A stretch of DNA of 64,000 nt from Phoronis australis (GCA_002633005.1 NMRA01000005.1:1222101-1286100); one strand, 5' to 3'. Positions 28,551 through 43,412 are shown, counted from the stretch's first letter. The notes: generated by a model not told the origin, from the sequence alone. Made by a program: numbers and translations.

Positions 28551-29547
28551 GTAAGTGATTTACTAAATGTGTGCTCAGCAGGATTAGGCCTTCATCCAAA
28601 CACAGTCTCATTGAATACCATATCCTTTTTCCTTGATATACTAGGTAGACTACAATTGCACCTTCTTGTCCACAATGTTAGGGAAGGACACTTGCCCCAT
28701 AGTTATACACTGTTGCAGCACTAATGACTGGTTTGTGTTATGATTAATTGGCCATTTGTCATTCTGGTGCCAATAAAGTTTCACTGTTGCTTTGTGAGTG
28801 GTAATGCAGACAACAGACATAAAAGATTCTAAAGGTTGAGTTATGCCTGATAGGTCTTTTTTCATTTGTCAGATTCAGCACAAAAGTGTATTAGTGACAC
28901 ATGTGTCGAAAACTGGGTCAGTCGCACAATGCGCTTTTTCTACCTCCACAAAAAAGATGAGTTGAATCTGGGATGTGGCAATTGTCCAAATGTCGATAGC
29001 CGCGAGTGTGCACCTATTGTTTAGCTTATGATTTTTGTGTGCCTTGTACTGAAGCGAATGTTGCTCAATTCAGAAAATAGAGAATGCTATTGCATCTCAA
29101 AGGTTTCGGAAACAATATAGCGCATTGTACCAGGTGGTTGAAATATTCAGTGGAGATTCTTAAGTTCAAACTGTGTAATGTTGAACCACCTCTCGTAGGA
29201 TGTCGGAAATCACACCCAGGTGTTACCGTCAGATTTATTTGGGTGGGCTGTGAAGAAGATTGTTTAATTTTAGACAAAGCGTTGTCAGCATGGTGTGTTG
29301 TATTGCTGAGAGAACGTTTGGCACACGTAATTTCATTTTGTCCAAAAATCGCTTTTAAGAAAATTTCAGTTGTTAAGCATGGTCTGTTACTTGGAGCTAT
29401 GATCAGACAATGAAATTTTGTGAGCCTTTGAAGCGATGTAAAGAATCCTTTGAAAAACAAGAAAATGGCAAGTCTAGGAATTAAAGAATTTAGTCTTACT
29501 CATTTTTTTAGTAAATGTTTGGTTACATTTGTACTCAAATAAAAACC

Positions 29548-29704
29548 CATAGGCGAATCCAGGTGGTCAAGGGGGTCCGCACCCCCTTTTCCCCTCAATT
29601 TTAGTGATATTAAATCTCAAATTTTCAAATTGTTGACATGGACCCTCTTTTTTAAAAAATCCTTTATGCAAACCCCCTTTTAAAAATTCCTGAATCTGCC
29701 CCTG
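29548..29704. mobile_element. Short hAT-like MITE
   Basis: cataggcgaatccagg / cctgaatctgcccctg; flanked by aaacc on both sides. Confidence 0.6.
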
Positions 29705-30387
29705 AAACCATACTGTGTTAGTAACCAAGTTAAATTTTCTTAATATTTATTTTCCCCGTAAGGTTTGTGAAGCAAAATTCGTACCATTGTCATATTGGGA
29801 TGCGTATTGAAACGAGATTATTGGAGATCTGTGCGTACTTGAATCCTGGAGTCCAATAGGATGCATCTTTCATATGTAGCGCAGAATACATGGGTGTGTC
29901 GACTTACTCAAATTCATGATGAAGTACGGATAAACATGTCCTTCTTTAATTCACAATCCTACGCGCTGTGTTTATTAATTCATAAGTCTGTTTTTGTAGC
30001 GTAGCTTGCACATTTGTGTAGGAGTCGGACAAACCTTTTATTTTTGCAAAGTTTGTCTAGATTTTTATTGCGTGCTACTTTTTCGCCTATAAAGCATGCC
30101 ATAAAACAACACTTAATAAAGTTTCCATCATGTGTGGCAACGAAATGGGCCGTTGAGAAATAGACAAAGGGTAATTTTGGCAATGATTTATATTAGAAAG
30201 AAGTGAAGTGCAAAACATTCTTGTTTGGTGCTTTTCGTCGCTAGGCTACAGTTGTCATGTCTCAGGCATGTTATTAACATGATGCATTTTTAGAATATGG
30301 TAAATTGTTGCTCGACTTCCTGATGTTGGCAATGTCGACTTTTTTGTTCAGTGCAGTGTCATTGATAGATGATTCCATTGTGTAAAA

Positions 30388-30545
30388 CCATAAATTCTCG
30401 GGTTAATGCCCATGCCAGGGTAATTGCCGTTCCCCAACTTTTTATCAATTTTCGGTTTAAGGGCTCACTACCTGAGTAATTGCCCACTCCCTGTCTCTGG
30501 GTTTCCCAATTTAAGTGCCCAGGGCATTAACTCACGAGTTTATGG
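30388..30545 (+). mobile_element. Diverged 160-bp derivative of family A consisting of the ends only
   Basis: ccataaattctcgggttaatgccc ... gggcattaactcacgagtttatgg|ta. Confidence 0.7.
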
Positions 30546-30717
30546 TAAATTTGTTGAACCTGCTTTGTGGTGGCAGACATAGTCATTATGATTTGTATAA
30601 CTCATGGTTAATTGGAGTACTTGTAAAAGTTCGCTCATGCAGATCCCCCCAGAGTCTTACTATGTTGCATACAATTTTGTACAATTGTGGGTGAAATAGA
30701 GATGTGTTCCTAAGTAG

Positions 30718-30972
<255 letters not shown>

Positions 30973-32604
30973 TGAACGTCAATGCTTGTTATTCTCAAGC
31001 CGTAGCTTGTTGGCTTCTTAAAGAGGCCTGGAATGCCATAAACAGATTACATTGCAATATTGAAAGTGGTTCTTCGCCACTGAAACAAAATTCAATCTAC
31101 TCACCAGGTATTTTTAGGGTTTATATGCAAATATTTTTAATTTCTGTTCATATCAAAGCATTTCCTTTTAGTTTCAAAATTCAATAAAAACAACTGCCCG
31201 CCAGAATACAAGGCATGGTATGGCAAGAACTAAACGCAGAACATTTCCCTTATATGGCAAATGTGACCTTTGACCTCAAACGACTTCAAGCAACTAACTG
31301 AGCGAATGCACGCATTTATCATAAGTGGGAGTGAGATTAAAAACTCTGTGGTAACCACACGGTTTTTCCTTCGTGCGTATTGAAAAAAAACGTGAATTTT
31401 GTGATTTTTCTGGAAATTTCCTCACAGGCGAAAGAGAATAAGTCTATAAGTTGCGAGATAGTACTTTCGTCAGGAATTATTAAAAAGATACTTGACGAAC
31501 TTTCACGTTCCATGCGTCTTTTAAGTTTCCGTTTTCCAGATAATAACTGTGTTTGGACGTAAAAATGTTGCCACACCTTTCTGTCTTAGACGCAGTCTTG
31601 TTTCAAAGCCAGCAGCGTTTTTTTGCTTCTTTTATTTCTCATTATTTTTCTCAGTCCCTGAGCATGTAAGACTACCACAGTTAAGTGTATTAAATGTGCT
31701 TTTGATTAGTTCTTATTCAATTACGCCCAAGTGGCAGCTGGCTTTTAGCAAGAACGGGGAGTCTCCCAGGGAAAAAATTACGTTGACTGTAGCCACCTGA
31801 AATTAGATTTTGATTGAACAGTGACTGCTGAGATTTAATGTGCTTTTCAACAAGGGGAACCACTGTCCTGTTGTGGTTAAGACCAATTTCCGGCAAAAAT
31901 AATTGCCAAAATTGCGATTTTCGTATTTTTCATTGTCTTTTAACGTCGTCATAGTTTTGTCCAAATATTGTCTGTTAATGGCAATGTTGCAGAACTTGGA
32001 ACATGTTGGAAGACTATTCTGGTGTAGCAGATTTTAACTGAAAGAATTAGTAAATAAAATTTCACCTGTGCTCCAAAACTAGTGATATTGTACCGTGTAA
32101 CTATCAATATTATGATATTATGCAGCAAGGCTTGGAAAGTGCTGAGAGGCCGAAAGTTATTAAAATTGCATCAAAATAGAGGCGCTCACAGTCTGTACGC
32201 ATCGTCTTTTACTAATAATTGAATCAAATGACACGGAAACATGGCCTCTGGGAATGGTGCTGTCACTACTGTGATGGTGATGAAAGTCATGCTATCGTAG
32301 GCACAAGCACACATTCATTCTCATTACGGAGACAAAGACGGTCTCGCCACCTGGGGTCTTTTTCTCAAGGAGTCTGTTGTCCTCTGACTTAGGCTACGCT
32401 GCCCAAAGACTTTAGACAATTTCACGAAATCAGGCTTTGGCTAAACGTCGGAAAATCTTTCCACAACTCCAAACCAAAAGACAGACATCTGTAGCGTGCT
32501 CGGGAGCCAAAGCCATCAGGCAAGAAATTAGGCTTTGGCTATAGAGTCTTCATGAAACTGAACCCTAGCTTACGGTTTTAACATTGTAAACTAGTGGGAT
32601 TTGA

Positions 32605-32835
<231 letters not shown>

Positions 32836-33569
32836 TAAGAACCACATACACATTGCCACCAAAGAGGGCTGTGTTCTATAGTCCTTTAATGCTCGCGAGA
32901 AAAGCTTGTGTGATCGTGTACTCACATGGCGATATCTTGCGCAGACTTGCGTGGTCTTGCGTTGTCGCGAGTTTCTTTGCGCAACCTGTGTCTCAACAAG
33001 GGGTTTGTCTCGAAAAATTATCACAGTTTTGAATTGGTTATCTCAACCTTCAATAAGCACTCTGTGTTATAAGAGGTCATGAAGTGCCTATTTCTTATCA
33101 GTAGATGAATGTGTTTATCAGTGAATGAATGGTATTAAATTCTAATCTATGGTTTCTGGTGTATACCTGGTTAACTTAAGATTAGAAGTCTCAAAGTTAA
33201 AGTGTCTAATTGTAATTTGTATAAATAATGTATGATGTTTGCTTTACACACAAGAACGAAGTTCGGATTAATGAAAATTTGATTCAGTTTTCATTTACAA
33301 CACTGCGAATACAATTTGATCAACAAACCTTTTAAACTGTTCAGCGTTCTAGTGTTTCTGATGCTGAACTTACTAACTTACTAACTCAGAACTGTTTATT
33401 TGTCATGAAAAGTGTTTATCCTCTTGTTTTCACAACTTAAAACAACAATAAATGTGCATTCCTTAAAAAAGTAATTTTTATTATTTACGCACTTATTACT
33501 ATAAAGTTTGTCTCAACGTGTTTGTGTGAGAAGTGACTTTTGGTCGTGAGACCATGGTTGATGCATTAA

Positions 33570-33646
33570 AGTGGGACGCTACACACGATTTTACCATTTT
33601 TGATGTTATTTAACGAAAATTTGAAAAATCAGCGTGGTGTCCCATC
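33570..33646. mobile_element. Tiny TTAA-flanked TIR element (Kolobok-like)
   Basis: ttaa|agtgggacgctacac ... gcgtggtgtcccatc|ttaa. Confidence 0.45.
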
Positions 33647-33766
33647 TTAAATGAAACGACATGATGAGCCAACCTGGAGAGAACCTAGTCTCGAATAACA
33701 ACAAACTGCCTGTTCTTTGGAAGCCCTGAAATCACCTTGGTAACGGTAAATGGTCTAAATAAAAAG

Positions 33767-33999
33767 ATGGGTTTTGTGATGTAAGGTGGGTTTTGTGATG
33801 TAAAGTGGGTTCTGTGACGGAAGGTGGGTTCTGTGACGGAAGGTGGGTTCTGTGACGGAAGGTGGGTTCTGTGACGTAAGGTGGGTTCTGTGATGGAAGG
33901 TGAGTTCTGTGACGGAAGGTGAGTTCTGTGACGGAAGGTGGGCTCTGTGACGGAAGGTGGGCTCTGTGACGGAAGGTGGGCTCTGTGACGGAAGGTGGA
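33767..33999 (+). repeat. 19-bp minisatellite, about 12 copies
   Basis: Unit ggtgggttctgtgacggaa, ending about 70 nt upstream of a CaMKI acceptor. Confidence 0.95.
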
Positions 34000-34071
34000 T
34001 TTATCGACACTTTAAATTAGCTGAAAAGAGCCACTTGAACATTACCGTTCTTTCTCTTTTTGTCTCACTAG

Positions 34072-34147
34072 CTCCAGAGGTGCTCAGGCGACAGACCTAT
34101 GGCAAAGAAGTCGACGTCTGGTCGATAGGTGTCATCTCCTACATTCT
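34072..34147 (+). CDS. CAMK1: CaMKI coding exon (APE, subdomain IX)
   Basis: cactag|CT CCA GAG ... ATT CT|gtaagt; [26 protein letters not shown]. Confidence 0.96.
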
Positions 34148-34839
34148 GTAAGTAGGTCAATGGTCACGATGTTCATGGAAACTAAATTTATGTTAAAAAC
34201 CCGACGATCACCAGACAAAAAAGAACCAGCATGCTATTGATTCTCAGAACAAGGTGCAGAGCTCAGTGACCCTGCAACTATGGTGATGACCAGCTACTGA
34301 CTATATTCCCTGTATCTCTCACTTCACTTCATGGATGTTACTTGAATTGTATGTTGGCGCTTGCTGTCCTTTGTAAATATGAGCCTGGTGATGTCTAATG
34401 AATAGACGAAACGTTGATTGAACATGAAATTTTTGTGTTTTTGCGGCGATCGGTTTTTAATCTTACTGTGGCCAATAACTGATTTGATTAAATTTATGTT
34501 ATTCTGAATTGAGTTCTCACGAGTGCATAAATCATGTTATGAGAATAATAATATGGTTCACAAATCACCTGTTTATTTGGATTTTGAGAATGATTCCAGA
34601 CCACCTGTGGTGACCACTTTGTCGTATTGACGAGGGTTTTGTGTAATCTGCGTTGACTTGATGATAGATGCTCGTAGTCATCTCTCCGAATTTCTAATCA
34701 ACTCGTCTCGCCAATTCCCAAAGGTTAGAGCCACAAACCGCCTAGTCATAACTATCATGCTTATCACTTGACCCACAGCATAAGTGGATAATATCCTATT
34801 TATAATAGCTGTTAGTTGCAGTCTCTGACATCCTCGTGA

Positions 34840-35106
<267 letters not shown>

Positions 35107-36139
35107 TGAGTGGAAGTAGCTGGTCGGTGGGGGGGAGTCCTTTTTTTATGAAAATGGAATCTCACTTCGTGATATGTGTGTGTTCATGATTCATAGTTCA
35201 TCAAAGTTATGTGAGTTAGGGTACTCTAGTTTTGTACAATGTACGCTACTTAGTAACGGGTATCGAATACCAAATTGAAAATGGCAATATTTGTAATGTT
35301 TTTTTTGCCTACAAATCTTAGTTTTCATCTTTACTTAGTATTCCAATTTGTACCCCAGTCCTTTGCACATGGTCCCATTTTGATCCCTGTAAGTGATTAC
35401 ACCGCACGGTCCAAGTTCACGCAGTCTTCAGGTTGGACGCAGTTTGACCCACAAATGGAAATAAATGATGTCTAGATTTAATGAATTCTCCGTGAGTGCT
35501 TTCGCTTCTGCTAGTCGTGTGCTGGTCAGACTATTGGAGGTGAGCTATATTGGGCTTTTAAAAGCATTATTTGTTACGGACCGTAATTCAACACTCCATG
35601 CATGCTTACAATCTGTTGACTATGGCAGCCATTTTGTTAGTATTTGGTAAGTCCTTTGAGCACGAAATTAAAAATTAGAGTGCAAGTAAACAAAGACATG
35701 TTGATGATGTTTTGAATTATTCACTTTAAACCATTCTCAAAGCAAAAGTTCACATTATTCAATCAGGTGACACAGGTGGAGAACAGACTGTACAGGTGCA
35801 TGCAATGTGAGGGGAGAGGTCAGAAATCAAAACAGTTGGAGCTCAAGTGAACCAATGTTTCTGTTGAGAATGCGCTCAACATGGGTCAACTGTATATGCG
35901 TAGCCTCCTTTATGAGGAGCCTGAGAGTGACATTATCCTTGTCTAGGATCTGAACACCAGAGTAATCTATAGTGTGACCAGTGGTCAATGAATGTTACTT
36001 TGGTCTCCAGAAAGACAATAACTTGGATGAATGGATCCATAACTGGACGTCCAAGCACTGTTGAGATTCTCAATCAAACATGTTTTTGCTTATCTCGTCC
36101 CACAATCTGCTTGTCTGAAAATAACTGAAATCACTGTAG

Positions 36140-36608
<469 letters not shown>

Positions 36609-37307
36609 ACTACGCGTGCAAGGCTGCTCGTGCAACACTACGCGTGCAAGGCTGCTCGTGCAAGAGTATGAGTGCAAGACTACGCGTGCCCGCGTATACT
36701 CTTATGCATGCGTCGCTTAACCTTGACTAAAAACAAGTGATTAGGCGAGAGTTGGTTCGTCTGAGATGCAATGTAGTTCCTATGTGGTGCTCAATTTCAC
36801 ATGTGAAATTTCATGAAATTAACGTTATTGGGTAGAAATTTTTGAAAACTCACTTTTGTATCTGAGCTTTCAACGTTAGAGAAGTGGATGATTAGTCAGC
36901 CAGACATGCGTGTTGTTACGGTGATGAGACACCTCTCTCACTAGAACAGGAAATTGTTATGGCAGCGCCCATGCCAGGCTCACAAGACAGGTCATTGGCT
37001 GCATGCTCTAGCATGGAAACTGAAGAACTACTTTGTGCCCAGTTTTTAGTGCTGGCTGTTAGTAACATGGGGAGATAACTCTGTCTATGTCTGAAGTCAT
37101 GTTTCCTTATACAGTAATTTTTTTATGGAACCCGTAAGTGCATTTGACTTCGTGCAAGATTTTGTGATTGGACAATCGTGCTTTACACTGTAAGCAAATG
37201 TGGATTATGTGTTACGAAGACAGTTTGTGAGAAAATTGTAAATGACAGAAATGGTCGACTTATTTTCAGTGTCTTATGCACTCACATGATTTCATTTTGT
37301 TTTCCAG

Positions 37308-37373
37308 CAAGCTTACAATGCCACAGCAGTTATCCGGCAGATGAGGAAGTTGGCCATGAACAAAGACCAGTAG
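37308..37373 (+). CDS. CAMK1: CaMKI last coding exon (second half of the calmodulin-binding domain, stop)
   Basis: tttccag|CAA GCT TAC AAT GCC ... CAG TAG; QAYNATAVIRQMRKLAMNKDQ*, matching the CaMKI KWKQAFNATAVVRHMRK motif. Confidence 0.93.
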   Translation, partial: QAYNATAVIRQMRKLAMNKDQ

Positions 37374-39112
37374 CGCAGCAGACGGTTACACGAGTCATGT
37401 TCATGTGACCTGTAGCAGACGGAAGCACGTCAGAGGCGGTGAATGCAGTTTATGACGATGAGCAAAAGTAATTAATCATTTTCTGGAAGAAAGGAATATC
37501 GTTTCCCACATCTCATTGAGACTGTGATGGGGGAAATGGAGTGCATCAACTCGAATTTGTACCGAGGAGAAAAGACGAGACGTCCGTAACTCAGGGACTA
37601 GATCGCTTTTAGTACTAGAGTCCTCGGAGTTCGCAAGTCTACACTGAGAAAAGCTTGGAAATTTCAAACCTTGCAAACAAGATCTACCTAGAGTAGAGGG
37701 AGATAATTCTGAGGACATACAGTTGTTGTACTGCGGAAGAAACGTTTTTGGTGCAATGCTAAATGTACATAAATTAACTGGTGTTGCCACGGTTTGTCCA
37801 ACCCTCAACTGTTTATTGTTTCATTATGAAGTAATGTTTGTCTTAAACTAAACCTGTTGATTGATTGGAAAGTTCTGTTATGAATGGCCGTACATTATTT
37901 GTTCTGTGTATAAATTTCTGTTTCCGTTTCGTTTCATTCAAAAATAAAATCACCCAACTTTTTAAATCTGCCAGTGGTCATTTGTTCTCAGCCGTTAAAG
38001 GTATTTGTGAAGTTGTGAAACTGGCGTTGAAGCACGATTTTGTTTTTTGAATTCCAAGCTTTTGTCATATACTTTGCCATTGACTTAGAGAAAGTTTTCA
38101 TTTATCAAAGGATGTTTTTATATTGAATTCATGGGGTTTAATCGTGATGCCATACCACCATGGAGCAAATGGGTTTTACAAAGCCCTGCTAGTGGATTTT
38201 TTTGCTGGTGGAATTGTTGCCCATTTGATCTGTATTTGATCATATTTCTTTATAGTTTTGCTGCATCAAGTGTGTATTCCTAGTAATTCACTTTCAATGC
38301 AGTCAATGTTTGCTCACATATTGAGTGCTCCATTTCAAGTTGAGACGGCTCCTCAAATTTATCGGAGCCAGCTGAAAAACTAACATAACACTACTATGTT
38401 CTGTCTTGGTGTCTTTTGGTGATAAATGTTACGTGAATTTGTCTTTTTTGAAAATGAACTTTATTGTTGCAGTTCTTGTACACATCATTTTGTAACTGTT
38501 TTCTTATTTTTGTGATCCGCTCCAGTACTGAAACAAAACTTGAACCAAAATTGATTTTTTGCATATATTTGAATAATTCTAGTGTGAATTATGCATAATG
38601 ATTGCAGTATGCAGCCACTCCATCTGTGGTCACAATCTGTTGACTATGATGTCAGTCTGAAAATTCGTATCCAGACAAGGGATTCAAGCTGGTAACCCCT
38701 GGTAATCGTGAATTATGCATTCTACATTTCAATAAAATTTGTACTAGGATACTACAATGATAATTTTTACAATTTGATTTAATTTGATTTCCAAGTCACT
38801 ATGTGGAAGTTGAATAATGGTCTGTTGGGTTTTGTTACCAGTACTGTCGTGATACAGTTGTCTTGTTTTCATGAAGCTATGTCAAAGGTATTAAAGGAAA
38901 TCGGTTTTGTCAAGTTTTTTTCTGTCATTGCCTGCTGTGCTGAGAACAAATGAAATTGCAAGTCGTCTTATATAGTTTTCGATAACTTATCAATTGGTCG
39001 TAAGTATTTGTGCAATTTGACATTGTGTGAAAATTGGGAATCAAAATATGGTATTGATAATATTGACACTTGTGGAGTACTGTAGCAAAGTGCTTCCGTG
39101 CTTCTTTCATCT

Positions 39113-39170
39113 TGTTTACATGTCTGTTTACATGTCTGTTTACATGTCTGTTTACATGTCTGTTTACATG
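39113..39170 (+). repeat. 12-bp tandem repeat (tgtttacatgtc), about 5 copies
   Basis: Directly visible. Confidence 0.95.
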
Positions 39171-39579
39171 CTATTTTTCTCGACTCCACATGAAGGAGCT
39201 GTGTAGCGTCATTTTCTCCAAGACCTTGATTCATTACAACCATACTGTAGAGCAAAGCTTCTTTACTTATGTACAAAAACTAATTAAAAGTTTTTCTTGT
39301 GAAGTTAGCTGGCATCTGAATATTTCACGTATATGACATGTTGAAAAATTTGCCCCCACATTTTTGTAAATCTAGCATTGTTCAAAATTTAAGAATTACT
39401 TAGGAGGATTCTTATGGTCTCTCTTGAAAAAAAACTTTTTGAAATTGCAGAGGTTTGATTGTTAGTTTAATCATTTCCAATGTACAGAACCTTGATGGGT
39501 TCTTTCAGCAAAGTTTCTGGATTTTGTGTAGTCTTAGCTAGTCACATAGGCATAGTTATGTTTTATTGTAAATTATTTT

Positions 39580-41036
39580 TATGCGCCCACATATTTATAT
39601 GTGGACGCATTATGCCGTCATCTCCGTTCGTCCGTCCGGGCGGCGTCCGTCCGGCATCCGCTGCCTTATCTCCAAAACCCTTTGACATACGTTCATGAAA
39701 TTAGGCACATATGTTCCATTCATTAATGGGACAGCATGTGCGAACTTTCGGATGGATCTGACTACCGGTGTGCCCCCTAGTGGCAATTTTAGTTTTTTAC
39801 GCTTACCTTTGTATCTTCAAAAGTCCTGAACGGATTTTCATGAAATTTGGTATGTAGGCACCTATTAGTTAGATGACGCTATCCTCCCGTTTTCAGATGG
39901 ATTCAACATAGTTTGCGCCACCTAGTGACCATTTTTACTGTTTTTGAGTCCGTATTTTTGCGTCCACCCCTCTATCAACCAAACCGCTCAAAGGATGATT
40001 GTGAAAATTGGCGTGTATGTGCTTACTATAAAGAGGACAGCTGACAATGATTTTCAGACGATTTGGACTACTGTGGCGCCTCCCAGTGGCAGTTTTTTTT
40101 GCGCCTATGACTGTATCTCCTAAACCGTTTGCAGGATCTTTACGAAATAAGTGTATTTATATGATGTTAACAACAGACGATGACGACTTTTGGACGGATC
40201 CGCCTACCAGTGTGCCCCCTAGTGGCAATTTTTACGTTTACCTCTGTATCTTCACAAGTCTTTACGGGATTTTCATGAAATTTGGTATGTAGGCACCTAT
40301 TAGTGCCATGACGCTATCCCAACGTTTTCGGATGGATTCGACCTAGTTTGTGACACCCAGTGGCCATTTTTACTGTTTTTGGGTCTGTTTTTTGGCGTCC
40401 ACCCCTCTATCAACCAAACCGCTCTAAGTATGATTGTGAAATTTGGCATGTATGTTCTTAATATGAAGAGGACGGTTGACGCTGAATTTCCCATGACTTT
40501 GATTACTGTGGCGCCTCCTAGTGGCTGTATCTCCCAAACCGTTTGCAGGATCTATACTAAATTTAGCAAGTGTATTTATGTGATGTTGACAACGGACGAT
40601 GACGACTCTAGGATGATTCTGACTACCGGTATGCCTCTAGTGGCAATTTTAGTATTTTACATTGACCTCTGTATTTTCATAGGTCTTCAGGTGTATACTT
40701 TGTGTTACTTTGTGACTATGAAGGAAAAGTTCCAAATTTGTTTCTGGCATTCTAATGCTGTGCTAATCTCGTATGTTGGTAAATTTGTTTTTAATTCTAT
40801 TTTTCTGTGGTGCTTTAAGCAACTGATGTATAGGTTGTGCTTGTATTATGAAGATCACTCACATTTTGCCCCTAGCCTATTGAGGAGACAATAACCATGC
40901 CTTTCCATTTTGCAAAGTACAACATACTACATATATGCCCTCTACTGGCCACTTTATGGTACCAATAAATAACCCTAGAAGGATACCGTATACGGTGCAA
41001 TTGTGGGCGCATTTCAACGCTCTGCGTTGCTCTTGT
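39580..41036 (+). mobile_element. Helentron-associated interspersed element (HINE/DINE-1-like)
   Basis: Inserted in a T-run; 5' subTIR atgcgcccaca with adjacent inverted copy, GTCC microsatellite, central tandem repeats (about 440-bp units of three roughly 150-bp subunits), 3' subTIR tgtgggcgcat, short hairpin caacgctctgcgttg, then ctcttgtt. Confidence 0.85.
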
Positions 41037-41529
41037 TAATATAGTCAGGTCGGTCATTTATGTTTTTATGACGGACTGTTTTCCATTTTTGAACTGTTTG
41101 AGATTTAATTGGTCAGGTTTATTCCGATTTTGTAAGCACATTTCGAAAGGCGTGTCCAAAAATAAATTGCCGAGCTGGAGTTTTCAGGCACTGTTTAGTA
41201 ACCCAACTTTTTGTAGCTAGAGAGAGACTAATCTTGTTTCTGTTTTGGTTAATTGGCAGGATTTTTATCAGCTAAAATTTCATAACTATTTACATAATGC
41301 ATCCTCTTATGTCTGAAAAGCAATTTTTTTCCATACAATTTTAGAGGTATTACAACTCTTGGGAAAAGCTTTGATTGTAAGCCACATATAGTGACGGGCC
41401 TCATTCCAAACCCAAATGATATGGGAGTGTTTTAGTTCTTGTCATATGTGCTTTCTGTATTTCTTCTGCTGCCACATTCGTTGCCACAATCTCAATTTAC
41501 TTTTTTTTGCCTTTTAACTTGAGTATTAC

Positions 41530-41676
41530 CAGGGGCAGATCCAGGATTTTTAGTTAGGAAGCAGGGTAGAGTATTAGCCAGGATTTTGCTTGTCGGACAT
41601 TCGCACCCCTGAACTGCTAAACGGAATCTGGAAGTTTTAGGGGGGGGGCCTTGGCCCGCTTCTAAATGTGCCACTG
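41530..41676. mobile_element. Short hAT-like MITE
   Basis: caggggcagatccagg ... tctaaatgtgccactg; degenerate 8-bp flanks agtattac / attattgc. Confidence 0.55.
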
Positions 41677-43412
41677 ATTATTGCATATAACTAAAGGTAC
41701 TCTTGAACATGGTGTACCTTGTCACTTTCCTAAAACCTTTCTTAACACCACTGCATATCGCAGCTCTGAATTAAATATTTCAAAGTGGTGAAAAATAGGC
41801 ACAGGAATTATCAAAAAGTTGACAAAATTACCTGTCGTCGAAAAGAAAAGATCAAAGAAAAAAAATTCTGGCTAATTTTCAAATGACCGGTGCTTATTAT
41901 GTGTCATGTTCTCTGGGTTTTCATGTCTTTGATGAAGCAAGACGAATTTCGGTGGAAGTTGTCAATTTTTTTGACAACTGCTTTTGTTCATTATTAATTG
42001 ATTAGAACCATTGACTTTTGCACAATGCCCAAAGGTTTATTTGGCTGATAACTGTAACTTGATTTAATACTCTCTTTAGTGTGTCAAAATGACCAATCGT
42101 CGCAAATCAGCAGCAGCTAATTATCAGGAGGCATTGCAAGAAAGATTACGAGTTAAACATTTTTAATTGTTAAAACAATTCATCAGGGTCATTTTTAATG
42201 ATAAATTGTATTCTCTGACTTTGGAAGGAAAAACTTCAATACTCCATGTAAAACTCTAGAGATCTAGTCCATCTGTGATTCACGTATACAAAGCAAGTGT
42301 CTGCCCTTGGCAAGTGCAATAAGAGTCAAATGTAGGCAGTCGTCTAATTTATCGACTGACAAGGCTTGGGAGAGTGGAAGTCTTGTTAAACAACTAAACA
42401 TTTATCCAATTGTATGTTACATCTTGTAACTCAGCATCACACGTTCTTTTCCCTGTGTGTCAAAGCCACCCACAGTGCCATACTCCATTACCTGTGAAGC
42501 CCGGTCAACACCTACTACTATTGTATAAGACATCAAATACAATAATCTGAATTCTACACACCCTGGTTGTTCTGCTTGGCTTTGTACAAGTCTACAGGTA
42601 AAAAGAATGTTGTCAAGACACTCGTCTACTTACTCGGATTAGTCATACATGGTGTGGCAACCATTTTAGAAGTTCTATTGTGAGTTAGCACCACTAGTTA
42701 GGGGGAGATGGAAGTCATTAATTTTTTCTGCATCCAGATTCATCGGCGCCAACTTGATTCATTCTAAGTTCAAGTTGAGTTTTAAGTCGCTGTATGTGAC
42801 ATTACTATTATTCATAATGAAGTATTGGGTTTTATTACACGACGCCTGATACTTCTGTCCTCTGATTGGCTAAGATGCAATATAAGAACTGACTGCAGAA
42901 ACGATAAATCTGTGACTACTGTAAACAAGGAGAGCAGACAATAACAGAATATCAAAATGGGAAAACATGCCAATCTATCAATACAAAGAAATCTGAGTTA
43001 AGAAGCATCGGTGGCCGTATAATAAAATGAAATATAGACCAATTCGTCAGGCATACTGGGTTATGTGACCTCAGGTAATATCGCTCTCTTTCTCTTGATG
43101 CATGTAACCTGATATCATCTTTGGGATTGGTCTTGTATATTTTACGAACAGTGTGTGGTAAAGATCCTTTATGGGAGTGTTGTTCAACCCCTGGGTGAAG
43201 CTGTATTCCGTTTATTTTTGGACATGTGACGAGTCCTGGTTGGTGTGTGTGTAAATTTTTTGAACTCCGTGTAAACTGTAAACCTGTGTGGTTATTGTTG
43301 AAGTAAATATTTCGAAATGTTTTAATGTTGGTCTTAAAAAACAAATACATACTTGTACATTTTTAATGTCTTGTCATTCATTGCTAAGAAGTGAAAATTT
43401 GGATCTGGTTAA

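Noticed and set aside
33732-34010. Repetitive Pro/His-rich ORF on the minus strand
   Set aside because: It is a translation of the 19-bp minisatellite.
37371-37420. Stop-codon readthrough of CaMKI (TAG followed by C)
   Set aside because: Only 13 further codons before the next stop, and no CUAG or stem-loop readthrough signal.
40379-40894. 171-aa ORF
   Set aside because: It comes from the HINE tandem subunits; no recognisable Rep/helicase or other motif.
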